DNA of 64,000 bases from the human T2T-CHM13v2.0 reference genome, Homo sapiens: NCBI RefSeq assembly GCF_009914755.1, contig NC_060928.1. One strand, given 5' to 3'. Positions 29,788 through 44,082 of this stretch are shown here, piece after piece. Both the position numbers and the translations under genes were made by a program. The notes beneath the pieces were generated by a model, which saw nothing but the letters and a program-made list of their open reading frames with translations, was not told where the DNA came from and searched no databases. Numbering within the stretch: position 1 is the stretch's first letter; every line of letters begins with the position of its first letter.

Positions 29788-29793
29788 TTTATT
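29788..29793 (-). terminator. Intronic AATAAA for the read-through isoform
   Basis: Plus strand tttatt, ~190 nt after the alternative stop. Confidence 0.5.
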
Positions 29794-29983
29794 TTTCCAT
29801 AAATTGGTGTCAGGTGGTTGAAAAACTGTAGCTAGAATATCTGGTGATAATAATTTTTTCTTCTATGCCAGGCAGTGCCCTTATATCTGGCAGTACAGCC
29901 TTCTTCATTCCTCTCTGAAGACCTGATTCCTTAAATCAGGCATCAGTATGTTTTTGGAGCACAGGATGGAGAAAGATTAAGTG

Positions 29984-30067
29984 TCAAATGGAATCACACA
30001 AGCTGAACAGCAAAGCAGACAGCAGGAGAAGAATCAAACAAGGTACATGCTGGGATGGAGAGGTCAC
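29984..30067 (-). CDS. COL25A1: Alternative COL25A1 C-terminus by donor read-through (VTSPSQHVPCLILLLLSALLFSLCDSI*)
   Basis: Open frame continues past the weak gtgacc donor to TGA. AATAAA follows on the minus strand at 29788-29793. Consistent with a recalled shorter COL25A1 isoform. Confidence 0.7.
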   Translation of the reverse strand: MTSPSQHVPCLILLLLSALLFSLCDSI

Positions 30068-30121
30068 CTTTTCTCCCTTTTCTCCTAGATCACCCTTCTC
30101 ACCCCGTGGACCAGGGAAGCC
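30068..30121 (-). CDS. COL25A1: COL25A1 exon 54 nt GFPGPRGEKGDLGEKGEK
   Basis: ttacag|GGC...AAG|gtgacc; also visible in ORF 29984..30187. Confidence 0.96.
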
Positions 30122-31089
30122 CTGTAAGATAAAAAGCAAACCAAAAAGATCTATTGGTGTAATAGTGGCAAAATCATATAGAAACAAATATTTTAGGATT
30201 TTACATTTCTGAGCTTAAATATAACAAGAAATGGCTCACCAGTGTTAAGACTTAGATAATAAAGCAGTGCTTAGAAACATAAGTTTTCTAATGTCTCAAT
30301 TATCTATACACAACAGGTTTCTTGCTTTTTCTTTTAAGAAATACAGAGTAGAAAGAATACCAGAATACTAGTTTGAATTCTGGCAAGTTCACTGATTTGT
30401 GCAGATTTGGGCAAATCACTTACCTCTCTGCACTTTAGTCCGTTGACTGTAAAATGGGGTTAATGATATCTACCAGACAGCTGTTGTGAATGTTAAATGT
30501 GATGATGTACTACAAAGTACCAGAATGATGCCTGCCCATAACAGGTGCTCATAAACAGTAACTAGTATTACTTTTGGTATTCTCATTATTCAGGTAATAC
30601 AGGATGAGCAGTGATTGTGTCTAGAGGCATTTACTTTTGACATTCTCTATTTTCACAGAATCATATTAGCATAAGATATATAGGGACTAAATGTTAAAAG
30701 GAAAAAAATATTGCATAACTGCTTTGAGAAAAAAACATAATATATCATTCTGTAAGGATAGCATGTGAGAAGTATATTGATTTTATGCATATTTTTCATA
30801 AATAGGTCATGCTGATGTTAAGAGTACCCTCAATTTGGGAAAGTATTTTGAAGTGCCACTATCCACTACCAGTTATTAATTTTATACAAGATAATTGTGT
30901 TTTTTTGCTTTTCTGTTTTATCTCATGCAAACACTAGTGTATTTTATATTGCTGTTTACATGCACAGCAATATATGTTCTATGCATACCTATATGCACAG
31001 AAAAAAAAGAAGTATTCTTTTTGTTATCGATGATGGAGACCATCAACATCTATTATAATAGGATGATGTTTATTGTACTTATTACTTAC

Positions 31090-31116
31090 ATCAAGACCAG
31101 GCTCTCCATCTTTCCC
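31090..31116 (-). CDS. COL25A1: COL25A1 exon 27 nt GKDGEPGLD
   Basis: ttggcag|GGG...GAT|gtaagt. Confidence 0.93.
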
Positions 31117-31252
31117 CTGCCAAAGAACCATAGTAGCTACATTAGTGTTTCTAAGTTTTGTGAATAGATTATTGCTTTATTTAAGGCTGTCTGAACATGC
31201 AACACTAGTACTAGAACAACTACTTCAGAAATGTGAAAAAGATTCTCATTTG

Positions 31253-31557
31253 GATTAGTGACTGTTAGTGTTGCAGTTAAGGGTCATGAAAATTTTATAT
31301 TATATATAGGGTTAAATAGATTAATATTTTGCTGATGTTTAAGCCTTGGTAGCTAAGTTATCAGTCCAGGAGTTAAATTAAAAGTAAAAAATACTGTTTA
31401 GTTGATTAGTGACTGTTAGTGTTGAAGTTAAGGGTCATGAAAATTTTATATGATATATTGGGTTAAATAGACTAATATTCTACTGATGTTTAAAGCTTGG
31501 TATCTAAGTTACCAGTCCAGGAGTTAAGTTAAAAGCAAAAATACTGTTTAGCTGATT
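31253..31557. repeat. Tandem duplication, period ~151 bp, ~91% identity
   Basis: gattagtgactgttagtgttg... starts at 31253 and again at 31404. Confidence 0.95.
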
Positions 31558-32139
31558 TAAAAACATACCAGCACTAATAGAGGATGTGAATCAATGCTAC
31601 TTTAATTTGATAACTTAGTAGTTAGCTCACAAATGAGTAAAGAATGTAGAAATACAGTTTTAATTTGGCTAGGATGTGCACACTGTGTACGAAGGATGTG
31701 AAGGCTGCAACTTAAAAGCTGTTTTTAAGTAAGCTTTGTAAATGAATAATCCCCAAATTTTTTTTAAAAGTTGTAAGACTGTTAGGCAAGAATGATAAAT
31801 TCACTCCCATGGTGCAGATTATCATGGTGATGACCCTATTGTGTCATATTATGGATCCATCCAAAGTTCACGAGAGGTTACTTTGATTTCATCAATTAGA
31901 TTTTGAAACCTATTTCAAAATCAGCATCTTTTTTTTGATTTAGCACTGAGGTAATCATGGTTTATGTTTATTATTTCAATTCATAAAGAGCATGTGTGAG
32001 ATATGGAAAGGTTAAAACCCTTAATGCAACGTACGCTTCTACTGTCGTCCTACCCTATCTTAATGAATCAATTATAATTATTCCCAAGATGATATTTTTA
32101 AAGCAAACCAGAGGTCTCAATTTGAATTCTGTGTAATTA

Positions 32140-32463
<324 letters not shown>

Positions 32464-33028
32464 TCAGAAGACAGAGCACTATCAGTGTTCTATGTTCTGC
32501 AGATCATTTGTCATCACGGTAATTTAGAAAGTCAGAAACATCAAGTCGTCATAAATATCAATGTAATTGGGGGAATAATTTTTACTAGCAAGAGTCATTT
32601 TAGTAAATAGTCTATAGGAACAGATAAAGTCTGAAGAAGGCTGTTTTCAGTGAAGCTTCCACAGCCATTTTTGGATCCAGTGATTTTCCAAGGAAGTGCC
32701 AGTTATGAGTGTCCAGTCAGATGATGTAGGGAGGGCATCTTCTGACAGTTAGGATCCTGTTCTCGAGTTAATACTTTATTCTAGAGACAGTCTCTGATCC
32801 TGTCAATCTCGTGAAGTGCCTGGATATGTGTCTGTACATGATGAGAGGGCAAGAGACTGAATATGACCTATTTGTGAAGGACATGGAAGTACTGAATTTA
32901 TAGATAATGAGTGGATTGTTGTTTCTTCTCTAACATTAGTCTGCCCCACAAGCGAAGGGTTAACTGTGTCAGTGACTGGTCATCTATGCATGCGGAAGGT
33001 GGGGAGGTGCATGTGACCAGGAACTCAC

Positions 33029-33082
33029 AGGCAGCCCATAGGGCCCTCTTGGTCCAGGCTCTCCCATAGCTCCTTTTTCACC
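33029..33082 (-). CDS. COL25A1: COL25A1 exon 54 nt GEKGAMGEPGPRGPYGLP
   Basis: ttttag|GGT...CCT|gtgagt. Confidence 0.96.
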
Positions 33083-33429
33083 CTAAAATGAAAAGTAGAA
33101 AGTTCAAATCATACACACCCACCTACATTCACACACTTTCTCTCATGCCCTATGTCTAAAGCCTCTATTTCAAGGACCATTCTATGAAAATCTCAAAGAT
33201 TTAGCCTCTTGCAGAGTCACTGCCAGTGATATTTGGAAAGTAATCCACAGTAGCATCTTTTACTAAATCACCTTTGAAAGAGGGGCAGCACAAGATTGCT
33301 GCTGGCCAGCTGTGCAAAAGCATTTGCATATCTCAGATGTCATACTTAGGTTTCTTTGGCATTAGTGTGAAACATTTATTTGTTACTAATTATTTTGTTA
33401 GCACCTTTAAATGTAAGAATAAAGTGTCT

Positions 33430-33715
33430 TTCTTTTTTGAGACAGGGTCTCCCTCTTTCATCCAGGCTGGAGTGCAGTGGCATGATCATGGCTCACTGAA
33501 ACCTTAAACTACTGGGCCTAAGTGATCCTCCCACCTCGACCTCCTGAGTAGCTGGGACTACAGGCAAGCACCACTATGCCCAGGTAGTTTTTAAATTATT
33601 TGTAGAGATTACTATGTTGTCCAGGCTGGTCTTGAACTCTGGGGCCTCAAGCAATCCTCCCACCTTGGACTCCCAAAGTGTTGGGATTACAGGCTTGAAC
33701 TACAGTGTGTGGCCT
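33430..33715 (-). mobile_element. AluJ
   Basis: Reverse Alu with J-type motifs. Confidence 0.88.
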
Positions 33716-33996
33716 GAAATACCTTTCCTTCTATCAAAAAACAATTATTCAGGGAAACCCTTTCTCGATTGCCCACTTCCTACCCCCAGCTATATTTTAT
33801 TTCACAGCCCTTAGACACCAGAAGACCCATAAAGCTTATGACCTGCTTATTCTCTGCTACCCTCACTAGAATATACACAGGAGGGTTCTGGGGCCTCTAG
33901 CTTTGTTGTTCCCTATAGCATCCTTACAGCTTAGAATAGTGTATGGCACATCAGTAAATGTTTGTTGAATGAATGAATCAAAGCAAATCTATATAA

Positions 33997-34328
<332 letters not shown>

Positions 34329-35122
34329 TGAAAAAGAGGGTTTAAAAACTTTCAACCCCTCTGAATGCCAGATAAGGTAGGTATATGTTATCTTCCTCAC
34401 TTTCTCTCTAAGTGCCTATTTAAATAGAACAGCTTTCCCCATCTTACACGATATTCTTGAACACTTATAAAGAATAAGTGTTATTGGAGGTAATCTTGTG
34501 AATAGAATAATTGTGATGATAAAGAAAGAGATGTTCTGTATTTCAAATGGTGTTTTCTGCTGCTGCCATCTCCAAATTGAAGTGTTTGTCAGTATTTAGT
34601 AGGAAAACTTCAGGAGTAATGGTGATTTTATATGAGTAGCCAAACAGAAAATCTTATCTCCTTTTATCATACCCCTGAAGGAGTTTAAAGGTTAGCAAAT
34701 CTTTTTTCTTGGCAAAACGCCAGGTTCAGCTGATAACAGTGCCTGCAGAGCCACCTGATATGCCTGTGTTTCTCCAGATTCCCGTGTGAGCAAATTTCAG
34801 GTCCCTGTTAGCATTTTCTTTATCTAAATTTGAGGGGTCAGTGGAACTAATTAACACTGTCACCTAGAGGCAATATGGTATGGGTGAGATTACTGAAAAT
34901 AAATACGATAAAAGTTTGAACTTTTATTCATTATTACTTTACGGTTATTACCAAAGCAGAAGCAATTGCACTCAGCACAGTGGCCAGATTTTAAATGAAA
35001 CATTAAACATTTTTTTAAGAAGGGAATTTCCTTAATTTGTTAAGAGACATCTATAAAAAATATCTACAGCATATTTCTTAATAGTGAAATATCAAAAACA
35101 GTCCCTTTAAGAATGGAGCAAA

Positions 35123-35245
35123 GGACGGGCGCAGTGGCTTATGCCTTGCACTTTAGGAGTTCAAGGCAGGAGGATCATTTGAGGCCAGGAGTTTGAGACC
35201 AGCCTGGGGAACAAGGTGAGACCCTATCTCTAAAAAAACAACCAA
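35123..35245 (+). mobile_element. FLAM/Alu monomer
   Basis: Single left arm with A-rich tail. Confidence 0.8.
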
Positions 35246-35281
35246 ACAAAATAACTAGTAAGGTGTGTATGTGTAAGTGTG

Positions 35282-35325
<44 letters not shown>

Positions 35326-35352
35326 ATCTATCTATCTGTGTGTGTGTGTGTG
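35282..35352. repeat. Compound STR (TATC)11 ATC (TATC)2 (TG)n
   Basis: Read directly from the sequence. Confidence 0.95.
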
Positions 35353-35599
35353 CGCCCACACACGCACGTGTAGTGGGAGGTGAGAGTTTTAAGGGAGGAG
35401 CCACATAAACTGGACTATGTCTAGTTTGAAATAACTGAAATAACTCCACAGATTAGGGTGGGTCTAATTGGAAAAATCTCCATAGATTATTTTGATATAA
35501 CCATTCCCTTCTCACTTGAGAATCTTGGCTTTGTCTTATTCTTAAAACAAATATACTATGGCTTATTTGAATAAAGCTGTCACTAAAACAGCTGTCTGT

Positions 35600-36002
35600 G
35601 AAACTACTCTTCTAGAACAGCCCACCCCCAAAAATTACTTAAGCTATTAACGACAATTCCATTTCTCTTGCCAGTGACTGCCTCAGAAATGGACAGCTGA
35701 CCCAGTTCTGGCAAATGAGGTGTCAGGGGCATCAGCCGGGAAGCTCTGGGGAAGGTTCCTCTCTGCTCAGGAAGAGACATGAGGTAGTCTCTCTGTTCTC
35801 TGCCAGTGTCTCACCAGAGAGGATGCTTGGACCACTGTGCCCAGCTTGTCCGTGGTCAGAAGACAATGCCAACATGTGGAAAAGGGCTCCCAAGCAAAAC
35901 CTAGAGTCCTCCTTTGAATATTTTCTTATATAAAATAATGTATTTCTTTATTGTGTAAGCCATTTTGAATTTGTCACTTAGAGCCAAAAAGCATTCTAAT
36001 GA
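35600..36002 (+). mobile_element. Old MLT1 (J/K-like) LTR fragment
   Basis: tcttgccagtgactg..gacccagttctggcaaatgagg..gtcacttagagccaaaaagcattctaatga. Confidence 0.6.
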
Positions 36003-37561
36003 TTCGAGCTTGAAAACTTTTAGGAATGAAATATTAACACGGGGATTTGAATGTACAACTCCTTTTCCTGGATTAAGCAATTCCAAAAGTATTTTTCAAC
36101 CTCTCAAGCTTAACACATTTATAGAGTTCCAAAGCCAAATGAAGAAATCAGCTAAGGTAGGGAGGATCAGATGCTTGCAGAGTGGAATATTGATGCTGTC
36201 AATCATACACTTGAAAATGTTTGAATAACATTGGCTGTCAAATGTGTGGTTTCTTTTAGGTTGTTCTAATTTCATTCGGGTTCTTTAATTTGCACATCAA
36301 CACTGAGGCATTATCCTAGAACACCTCCCTTTGCCGATTCTGACTTCTTTAAAATTTGAAACTTTTTCAGGAGAGTCCAGATGGTGCCTCCATCAATTAA
36401 CTCTGAGAATCACACTCCAGTTTAGCACTTCCAGTGAGGGGCACTTGGAGAGTACTGATATATGATCCAGTTAAGATAGTTAACATGCTGAGTAAATACA
36501 AGAGTAACACTTTACGCTGCACACCATTTGACTGAAACTATGCCTTCAAAATTCTTAGCAATTTCATTTGCTCTTCTGGTTAATTCTGCTCCAGCACTGA
36601 GACCTGATACTCTTGTGACATTGTGGAGCTATCGGAAGTAGCAGCTGATTTACCACACGGTAAACCCTCTTGAGCCCCAGGGCATTCTGCCAAAACACTG
36701 CCTGAGATTTGCTGCTCCATTTTTAGTACATGGGCTGGGTTTCTTCATACAATGCTTGAAAGCCAATCTGCGTCAGCAGCGTTGAGGCTTTTAGCTTTTA
36801 AATATTTTTAATTAAGATGATCTTCAGAAGTCATTGGTTTGATCTTAGAAATATGACAATTGCACATTCAGATTACATGTTCCCTTAGAACTCATCTCTT
36901 TCTACAAGCATTCTTGGATAAAGCCAATCTTCATCACTGTACAGCTTGTACTATTTGTATTATTTTGGCCTCATTCTCTGGTTATTTCCTTCATGCATTT
37001 TTTTTTCTCTGCAATTAGATTGTAAACTCTTCTAGGTCAGGAAGAATAGCTGTTTTTTTTGCAGCATTCAGTATATATTAATAAATATTAATAAAAATAT
37101 TAATAAAAGACCAAGAGATAATTAATCAATTATAATGGTATTATTCAATGTACTGAAGCAAATTAGCAAAATAGGCTTTACCTAAGTGGGAGGAGAGTTT
37201 CCATTTCACACTAGTAATACCATGCTTTGCACATAGTAGCATTTGGTAAATATTTCCTGAATGAATGAGATCACTCTACAGAACACAGAATTATGGAATT
37301 GGAAGGTATGTTAAAGAAATGACTACTGGCCCTCTTTTTTTAAAGCAAATTATCTCAGACTGATGAAAATCTATCTAGTTTTTAAAAGACCACAAACTTG
37401 CACAGTGAATCATTCCGACATTTTGAAGACTTCACTATTAAAATACTTTCTTTATATCCTCTCCTGGATGGTAGGGAAATTGATGACATAATTCCACTCA
37501 GACACACAAAAATAATTCTAAGATTTCCAAGGTGAGGAAAAGAAATAGTGGGAGAAAAACA

Positions 37562-37602
37562 GAAAGAGAGAGAGGGGGAGAGAGAGAGAGAGAGAGAGAG
37601 AG
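37562..37602. repeat. (GA)n microsatellite
   Basis: Read directly from the sequence. Confidence 0.9.
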
Positions 37603-38265
37603 CGCATGCATGAGAGGGAGAAGAGAGAAGAAAGTTCCAGACAGATGACCATTTATCTTCCATTCTGAATGTCTTTTTTCCCCCAAAAGATATGGAAACA
37701 TGGCCTAGCAATAGAGAGGTTAGTGAAAGGTTTTCATTTTATAATGCACTGAAATTATTTCCTTATGGTTAAAGAAAAACAGCCTATCCTTTAGCTTTAA
37801 AAAAGGGGGAGCATTTGTAACTGTGCAGAAAAGAATACTTAGGTTTCATTATTTCCTTTGGAAAAAAGTTATAACCTGCTCTGAATGAGTACAGTAGCTT
37901 TATATAAAAGATTATCAACCAGAATACATACTCCGGAAATTTTAGCTCCATTGACTTCGACTTTCTGGATAAAGGCCAAATGAAAATATCTTCCTTATGG
38001 GTGAAGGAAGAATCATCTGAGCTATTTATTTTAGCTATGTAAATGTATGTATTGTTTTTATTAAGGCAGCCGTGTTCTATTTTATGCTCTGTGGTTTTCT
38101 TCTCTCAATATTAGGACTCTGAATAGAACTTAGGATGGTATCTCTTTTTATTTAATATTAGATAGCCCTTTATTTCTTCTGAAAAATGAACAGTTAAATT
38201 AATATGGAAAAGCCATGCTCTGTGTTTTCTTTAGTACAAGCTTAATAACCTCAGCAACAACTTAC

Positions 38266-38319
38266 TCTTTCTCCTTTGGGACCTGCAGGGCCATGGGGTC
38301 CCATAGGACCATCTGTACC
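38266..38319 (-). CDS. COL25A1: COL25A1 exon 54 nt GTDGPMGPHGPAGPKGER
   Basis: ttttttag|GGT...AGA|gtaagt. Confidence 0.96.
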
Positions 38320-38600
38320 CTAAAAAAAAGATAATATGAGATATATCACAAGGGCTGCAAGAATAGCAGTTATAATTTATCCTGGATTTTTCCTAGGTGA
38401 ATGGTGCCTAAGAATATCAGTAAGACAACTCATCTCCTTTCAAAGTGCTTTATGCTTGATTATTTCAGGCCAGCGGTTTTCAAGAAACTCATGCAAAAAG
38501 GATGAAGTATATAACTGCATGTTTCAATGAAAGGCACACACGAAAAGCTGCATATCATATTTAATTATATCTTTTTCCTCTGACTAAATAAAGCATCACT

Positions 38601-38912
38601 GGCTGGGTGCGGTGGCTCAAGCCTGTAATCCCAGCACTTTGGGAGGCTGAGGTGGGTGGATCACCTGAGGTCAGGAGATTGAAGCCAGCCAGCCTGGCCA
38701 ACATGGTGAAACCCCGTCTCTATTAAAAACACAAAAATTAGCTGGGCATGGTGACGGGTGCCTGCATTCCCCTACTCGGGAGGCTGAGACTGTAGTGAGC
38801 CAAGATCGTGCCACTGCACTCCAGCCTGGGCAACAGAGCGAGACTCCGTCTCAAAAAATAATAAATAAATAAATAAATAAATACATAAATAAATAAATAA
38901 ATAAATAAATAA
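38601..38912 (+). mobile_element. AluS with right-arm deletion and (AAAT)n tail
   Basis: gaggctgag joins directly to actgtagtgagcc. Confidence 0.9.
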
Positions 38913-40264
38913 AGCATCTTCACTTTGCCCCATAATCTTAAGAAGAAAAATGTAATTGTTTTTCCTTCCTGTCACCTCTTCCTCAAGCCCTTTCTCTACA
39001 CCCACTGCCACCCTTAACCGGGCGTGCTCTGAACTCTTGTTTTCAGCTGTTTAAGAGGCTTGAACTGTTACACAAGTAGAAGAAAATTATTAAGTAAATG
39101 AAAACAGTGTGTAACTGTTCAATCCAAAAACTTCCTGCAGCTCTGTTGGGGGCAGCAGGGGCTTACAGGAAAGGAATCATTCTTACAGATTCTGCGGCAG
39201 TGGCCAGTCACTAGGCTTACAACTCACAAACCAGGCAGCCAAGATGACTTAAAGGTATAATTCCCCTTTGTCCCCCTGGTTAGTTCAGGATTAGGATTTC
39301 TGCAGTAGAAGAGGTGATATTTGAATGAATGTAAGAACGCTGAGGTCCAGTGAAAATAATGATTGCCTGAAACAAGTTTTTAGAATTGAAAAGATGGGAA
39401 TTTCTTTTAGATTCTTAAAACTGTAGCCAGGACTTCAAGTATACTTGCTCATTTCCAGTATGACTATGCTTAGATTCATAAAAAATTGATTATAATATTT
39501 GCAAATGTAGGAACTATTCCAGCATGATTTTTCTTTAGTATTCCCATTTCTGTTCTACTATTCTGGTTTATTCTGTGAGAGCTTTGTGATAAGAAAGAAT
39601 TCAGAGTTTTAAATTCATTCTAATGTTGCTGAATTCTCATCAGCTTAACTGACATTTTTCTTACTGCCTGAATTCAAAGTTCACCTTCAGAAGACTTCTA
39701 AATACTGAGTATCTGTAGCTGAAATTTAAGAGCTGGAGCTGTTAAGAACCAAAGAAAAAAAGACAAAATGACAGAAGACAGACAAGTCATTTCTATGAAC
39801 AGAAATTGAAAGTTAGTGCCAAGGAAGAAGTTACATTTGATGGACATCAGTCTAAAAGGAAAAGCAAGTTACAATAATTTCACATTATTTTAATCTCTTC
39901 AGAGGGCCGCTCTCATGGAATTGTAGGGGATGTCTGTCTATTGGTTCTGGAAAAATTCATGTGGAATTCTAAGACAATGAAGCCCATTAGTCTGGTCATT
40001 CTTCCCACCTAGCAAATTATCCAGACTTGAACACGAGCTTCACAAAGACATTCTGGCAGTTTAGCTGTTCTCCGGACAGAGTTGCAACCGTCCTCTGTCC
40101 ACCTTTCCCCCTTTTGCCGCCATCTTTGTCCACCTTCCCCTTTTACTCCAGCTCTAAGTACACCCTCATCATTTGATGAGAGGACATGGAGCAAAGGGGT
40201 CTGTGCTGAAGCACATGATTCACAGCCACAAAACATGTCAGAGCAAGACAAGGGACTGACTCAC

Positions 40265-40300
40265 CCGGGATCCTGGCTTTCCGTCTAAGCCAGATGCTCC
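40265..40300 (-). CDS. COL25A1: COL25A1 exon 36 nt GASGLDGKPGSR (probable cassette)
   Basis: cacacag|GGA...CGG|gtgagt; 4 perfect triplets; weak acceptor. Confidence 0.88.
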
Positions 40301-41416
40301 CTGTGTGATTTGGTTGGTAGCAGGGTTGGTGGGTGTAACACGAATGACAAGAACAGAGATTAGTATGAGGTACCGATGAACAAATGTAACACTTCAAACA
40401 ACATAATACGCAGTTACAGGGTTCTGGGATGAATATCACATTGCTACAAATTGTTAGTTAAAAAAAAAAAACACATGACAAACACCCCACAGATGATGGC
40501 ATTTTAATGACATTTCTATTTGACAAGTTCTTATTTAGAAATCAAGCTAATGAAGTGTATAAACTGGGCTACAAAGTAGTTACTCATAACAGTTGCAGGC
40601 TTCTATCTAATTTCCATATGAAATTCATTTTCTAAAGACTGTGCTATTCACCATATATTTCTTTAGGTTCTGAAGAGAAAAGAACGGTAATTTCCTAAAA
40701 AAGCGCTCATTATAATAATCAATCAAATTTAGCATTTCAGAGGAGAAGAAAGAGCTCTGGTTATACTTGTTAAAACAGTATTTATGAATAACAAATACAG
40801 GGTTTTCACATGTTAGGATGACTCTTAGTGGATTTTACATGAACAATAATTACTCATTGTTTTCTGGGTTGTTCCTACTGTTCACACTACTTTCCACTAG
40901 AGGGACTTCTAGGAAAGGGAAAAAGCCAGAAAACAATGTGTGCGACCAAGCAAAAAATAACTTCCAAACTAAATTGTTTCTCAATTCCTTCAAATAATCT
41001 TTGCATCAAAGCCTGATGGGGGAAATAACTTTAAAAATCGAATGTTCTCAGACAATGCATGCTTTTCTTCACTTTGAACTCTAGGCTACAAATAAATAGC
41101 GTATGATTAAACAATGGCATTTTCAATGCTTGTTTCAAGAATAAGTACAATTATTTCTTTAATATGGTTTTTGTGTCTCAAAGCCCAAATATTTATTTAT
41201 AGTCCTTTAAAAATATTGGTTAGACCAAGGAGTATTTAAGAAAGAAAATGCACTGGCCCTAAAAATTCTATTGTCAAGATTGCAGAACTATTTCCCAATT
41301 TTATGCTTCAGATGCAGTTAATAATACAGAATGGAAAAAAAAATCTATTCCAGATGAAAACTCTACCAATGATGTTATTCTACATACATTTTGAGTATTT
41401 TGAGTTTTTATTTTAA

Positions 41417-42073
<657 letters not shown>

Positions 42074-42318
42074 TTACATACGTCTTTTGTTAGCAATAAT
42101 TACAATAAAAATATATATTGTTGTTCATTTGTTTAAGGCTAGCATAGGTACAGCTGTTAGCTAAATGTTGCATAAAAATTATCAATAGCCCTAAATTTTA
42201 AAAAAGGGCAGACTTTAAATAAATCAGATTGAAAGTTTAAATAAAATAGAAAATCCAAACTTTCTTTTGCCTTTTGATACCTTCTTCAGTTACATTATAA
42301 CATTTGAAAACAAATGTA

Positions 42319-42566
42319 GGCCAGGCATAGTGGCTCACAGCTATAATCCCAGAGCTTTTAGAGGCCGAGGCGGGAAGATTGTTTGAGGCCATGAGTTAGA
42401 GATCAGCGTGGGAAACATGGCGAGACCCAATCTCTATAAAATATTTTTAAAAATAAAGCGCTTGAGCCCAGGACTTTGAAGCTGCAGTGAGCTGTGAGTG
42501 TATCATTAGACTCTAGCCTGGGTGACAGAGTGAGACACTGTCTCAAACAAAGAAAAAAGAAAATAA
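42319..42566 (+). mobile_element. AluJ with internal deletion
   Basis: Left arm plus truncated right arm. Confidence 0.85.
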
Positions 42567-42701
42567 ATGGGGAAACTGTAATAATTTTACACTGATAATA
42601 TTATATCTACCTAGAATGCTGAAATAATGACTCACATATATTATAGAGGTTTTATGCCTATGGTCCATTGATCTAACTGGTGTGATTAAACCTATATTCT
42701 A

Positions 42702-43012
<311 letters not shown>

Positions 43013-44001
43013 TTAATACAAGGTTTATATCAGTCATTCAATAAATAAATAACTATTGACCATCATATGGTGGATGTATGTAAGGCACTTGCTATCAACT
43101 AGCGTGAAGTATAATAACCATGGCAAAAATGAAAAAGTGGTCATCAGCTTTTTTTTCCTCCCACATTTCAAATTGTGTATAAACTATATTCTGTTACTGA
43201 TTTTATGTCATATTTTACTAATGTAATCTATATTGTTCTTTGTTGATTTGTATCTGTATTCACCAAATAGATAGCATATTAAAGGCTTGAAATTAAAGCC
43301 TCGTATTTAATAACAATTTAAAAAAATCTCCATTTAGTTGTTGTGGAAAGAAGGCTGACATAAAGAAAATGAAGAGCCTGGGGGAGATTCCTTCTTCATT
43401 AAAAATAAAAATCTCTAAACAACTGCAAAATACTTCTTTTATACGACTCACTATTGCCACAAGAACCTCATAACAGGGAATTTTCAAAACAAACAACATA
43501 AAACACGTAGAACATGATATGATTGATTAATGTAAGGAGCCACAGCATTGACCTCACTCCATCAACAATGGCCAATTCCATACCTGCCACCAACAGAGGG
43601 CTACAGTTTTTGGTATCCAAGGAGAAAAAACAGTTGAGGAAGCATTTTAAACTGCACTAGATTATAAAAAGTGTTTGGGAGAAACTATGAAATAATGAGC
43701 ACAACACTTTTAAAAGAAGGGGACAATGGAAGAGGAATTGTCAGCCCTAAAAGAGGAAGGTTGGCATGTATGTAATTGAAGAATGACAGGACATTTATAG
43801 CATTGTTTGTTGTGGGTCTTCCTCTGACACAAGAGAAGACATCAGAGAAAACAAAACTGAGCTGAGCTCTGCTCTAATATAATATGTTTTCTAATTACAG
43901 AAACCTCAACAGTACGAGCTGCTGAGTAAACCAGAGTTATCATGTAGGGTAGAAAGAAAAATCTGAGATTTGCACTAAAATGGAAAGTTTTCTTTACTTA
44001 C

Positions 44002-44082
44002 TGGAAGACCAAGGGGTCCTCTGTCACCCTTTTGACCTGGTTCACCCTTCAATCCTTTAACACCATTTAACCCTGGTTCACC
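44002..44082 (-). CDS. COL25A1: COL25A1 exon 81 nt GEPGLNGVKGLKGEPGQKGDRGPLGLP (probable cassette)
   Basis: tttag|GGT...CCA|gtaagt; 9 perfect triplets. Confidence 0.92.
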
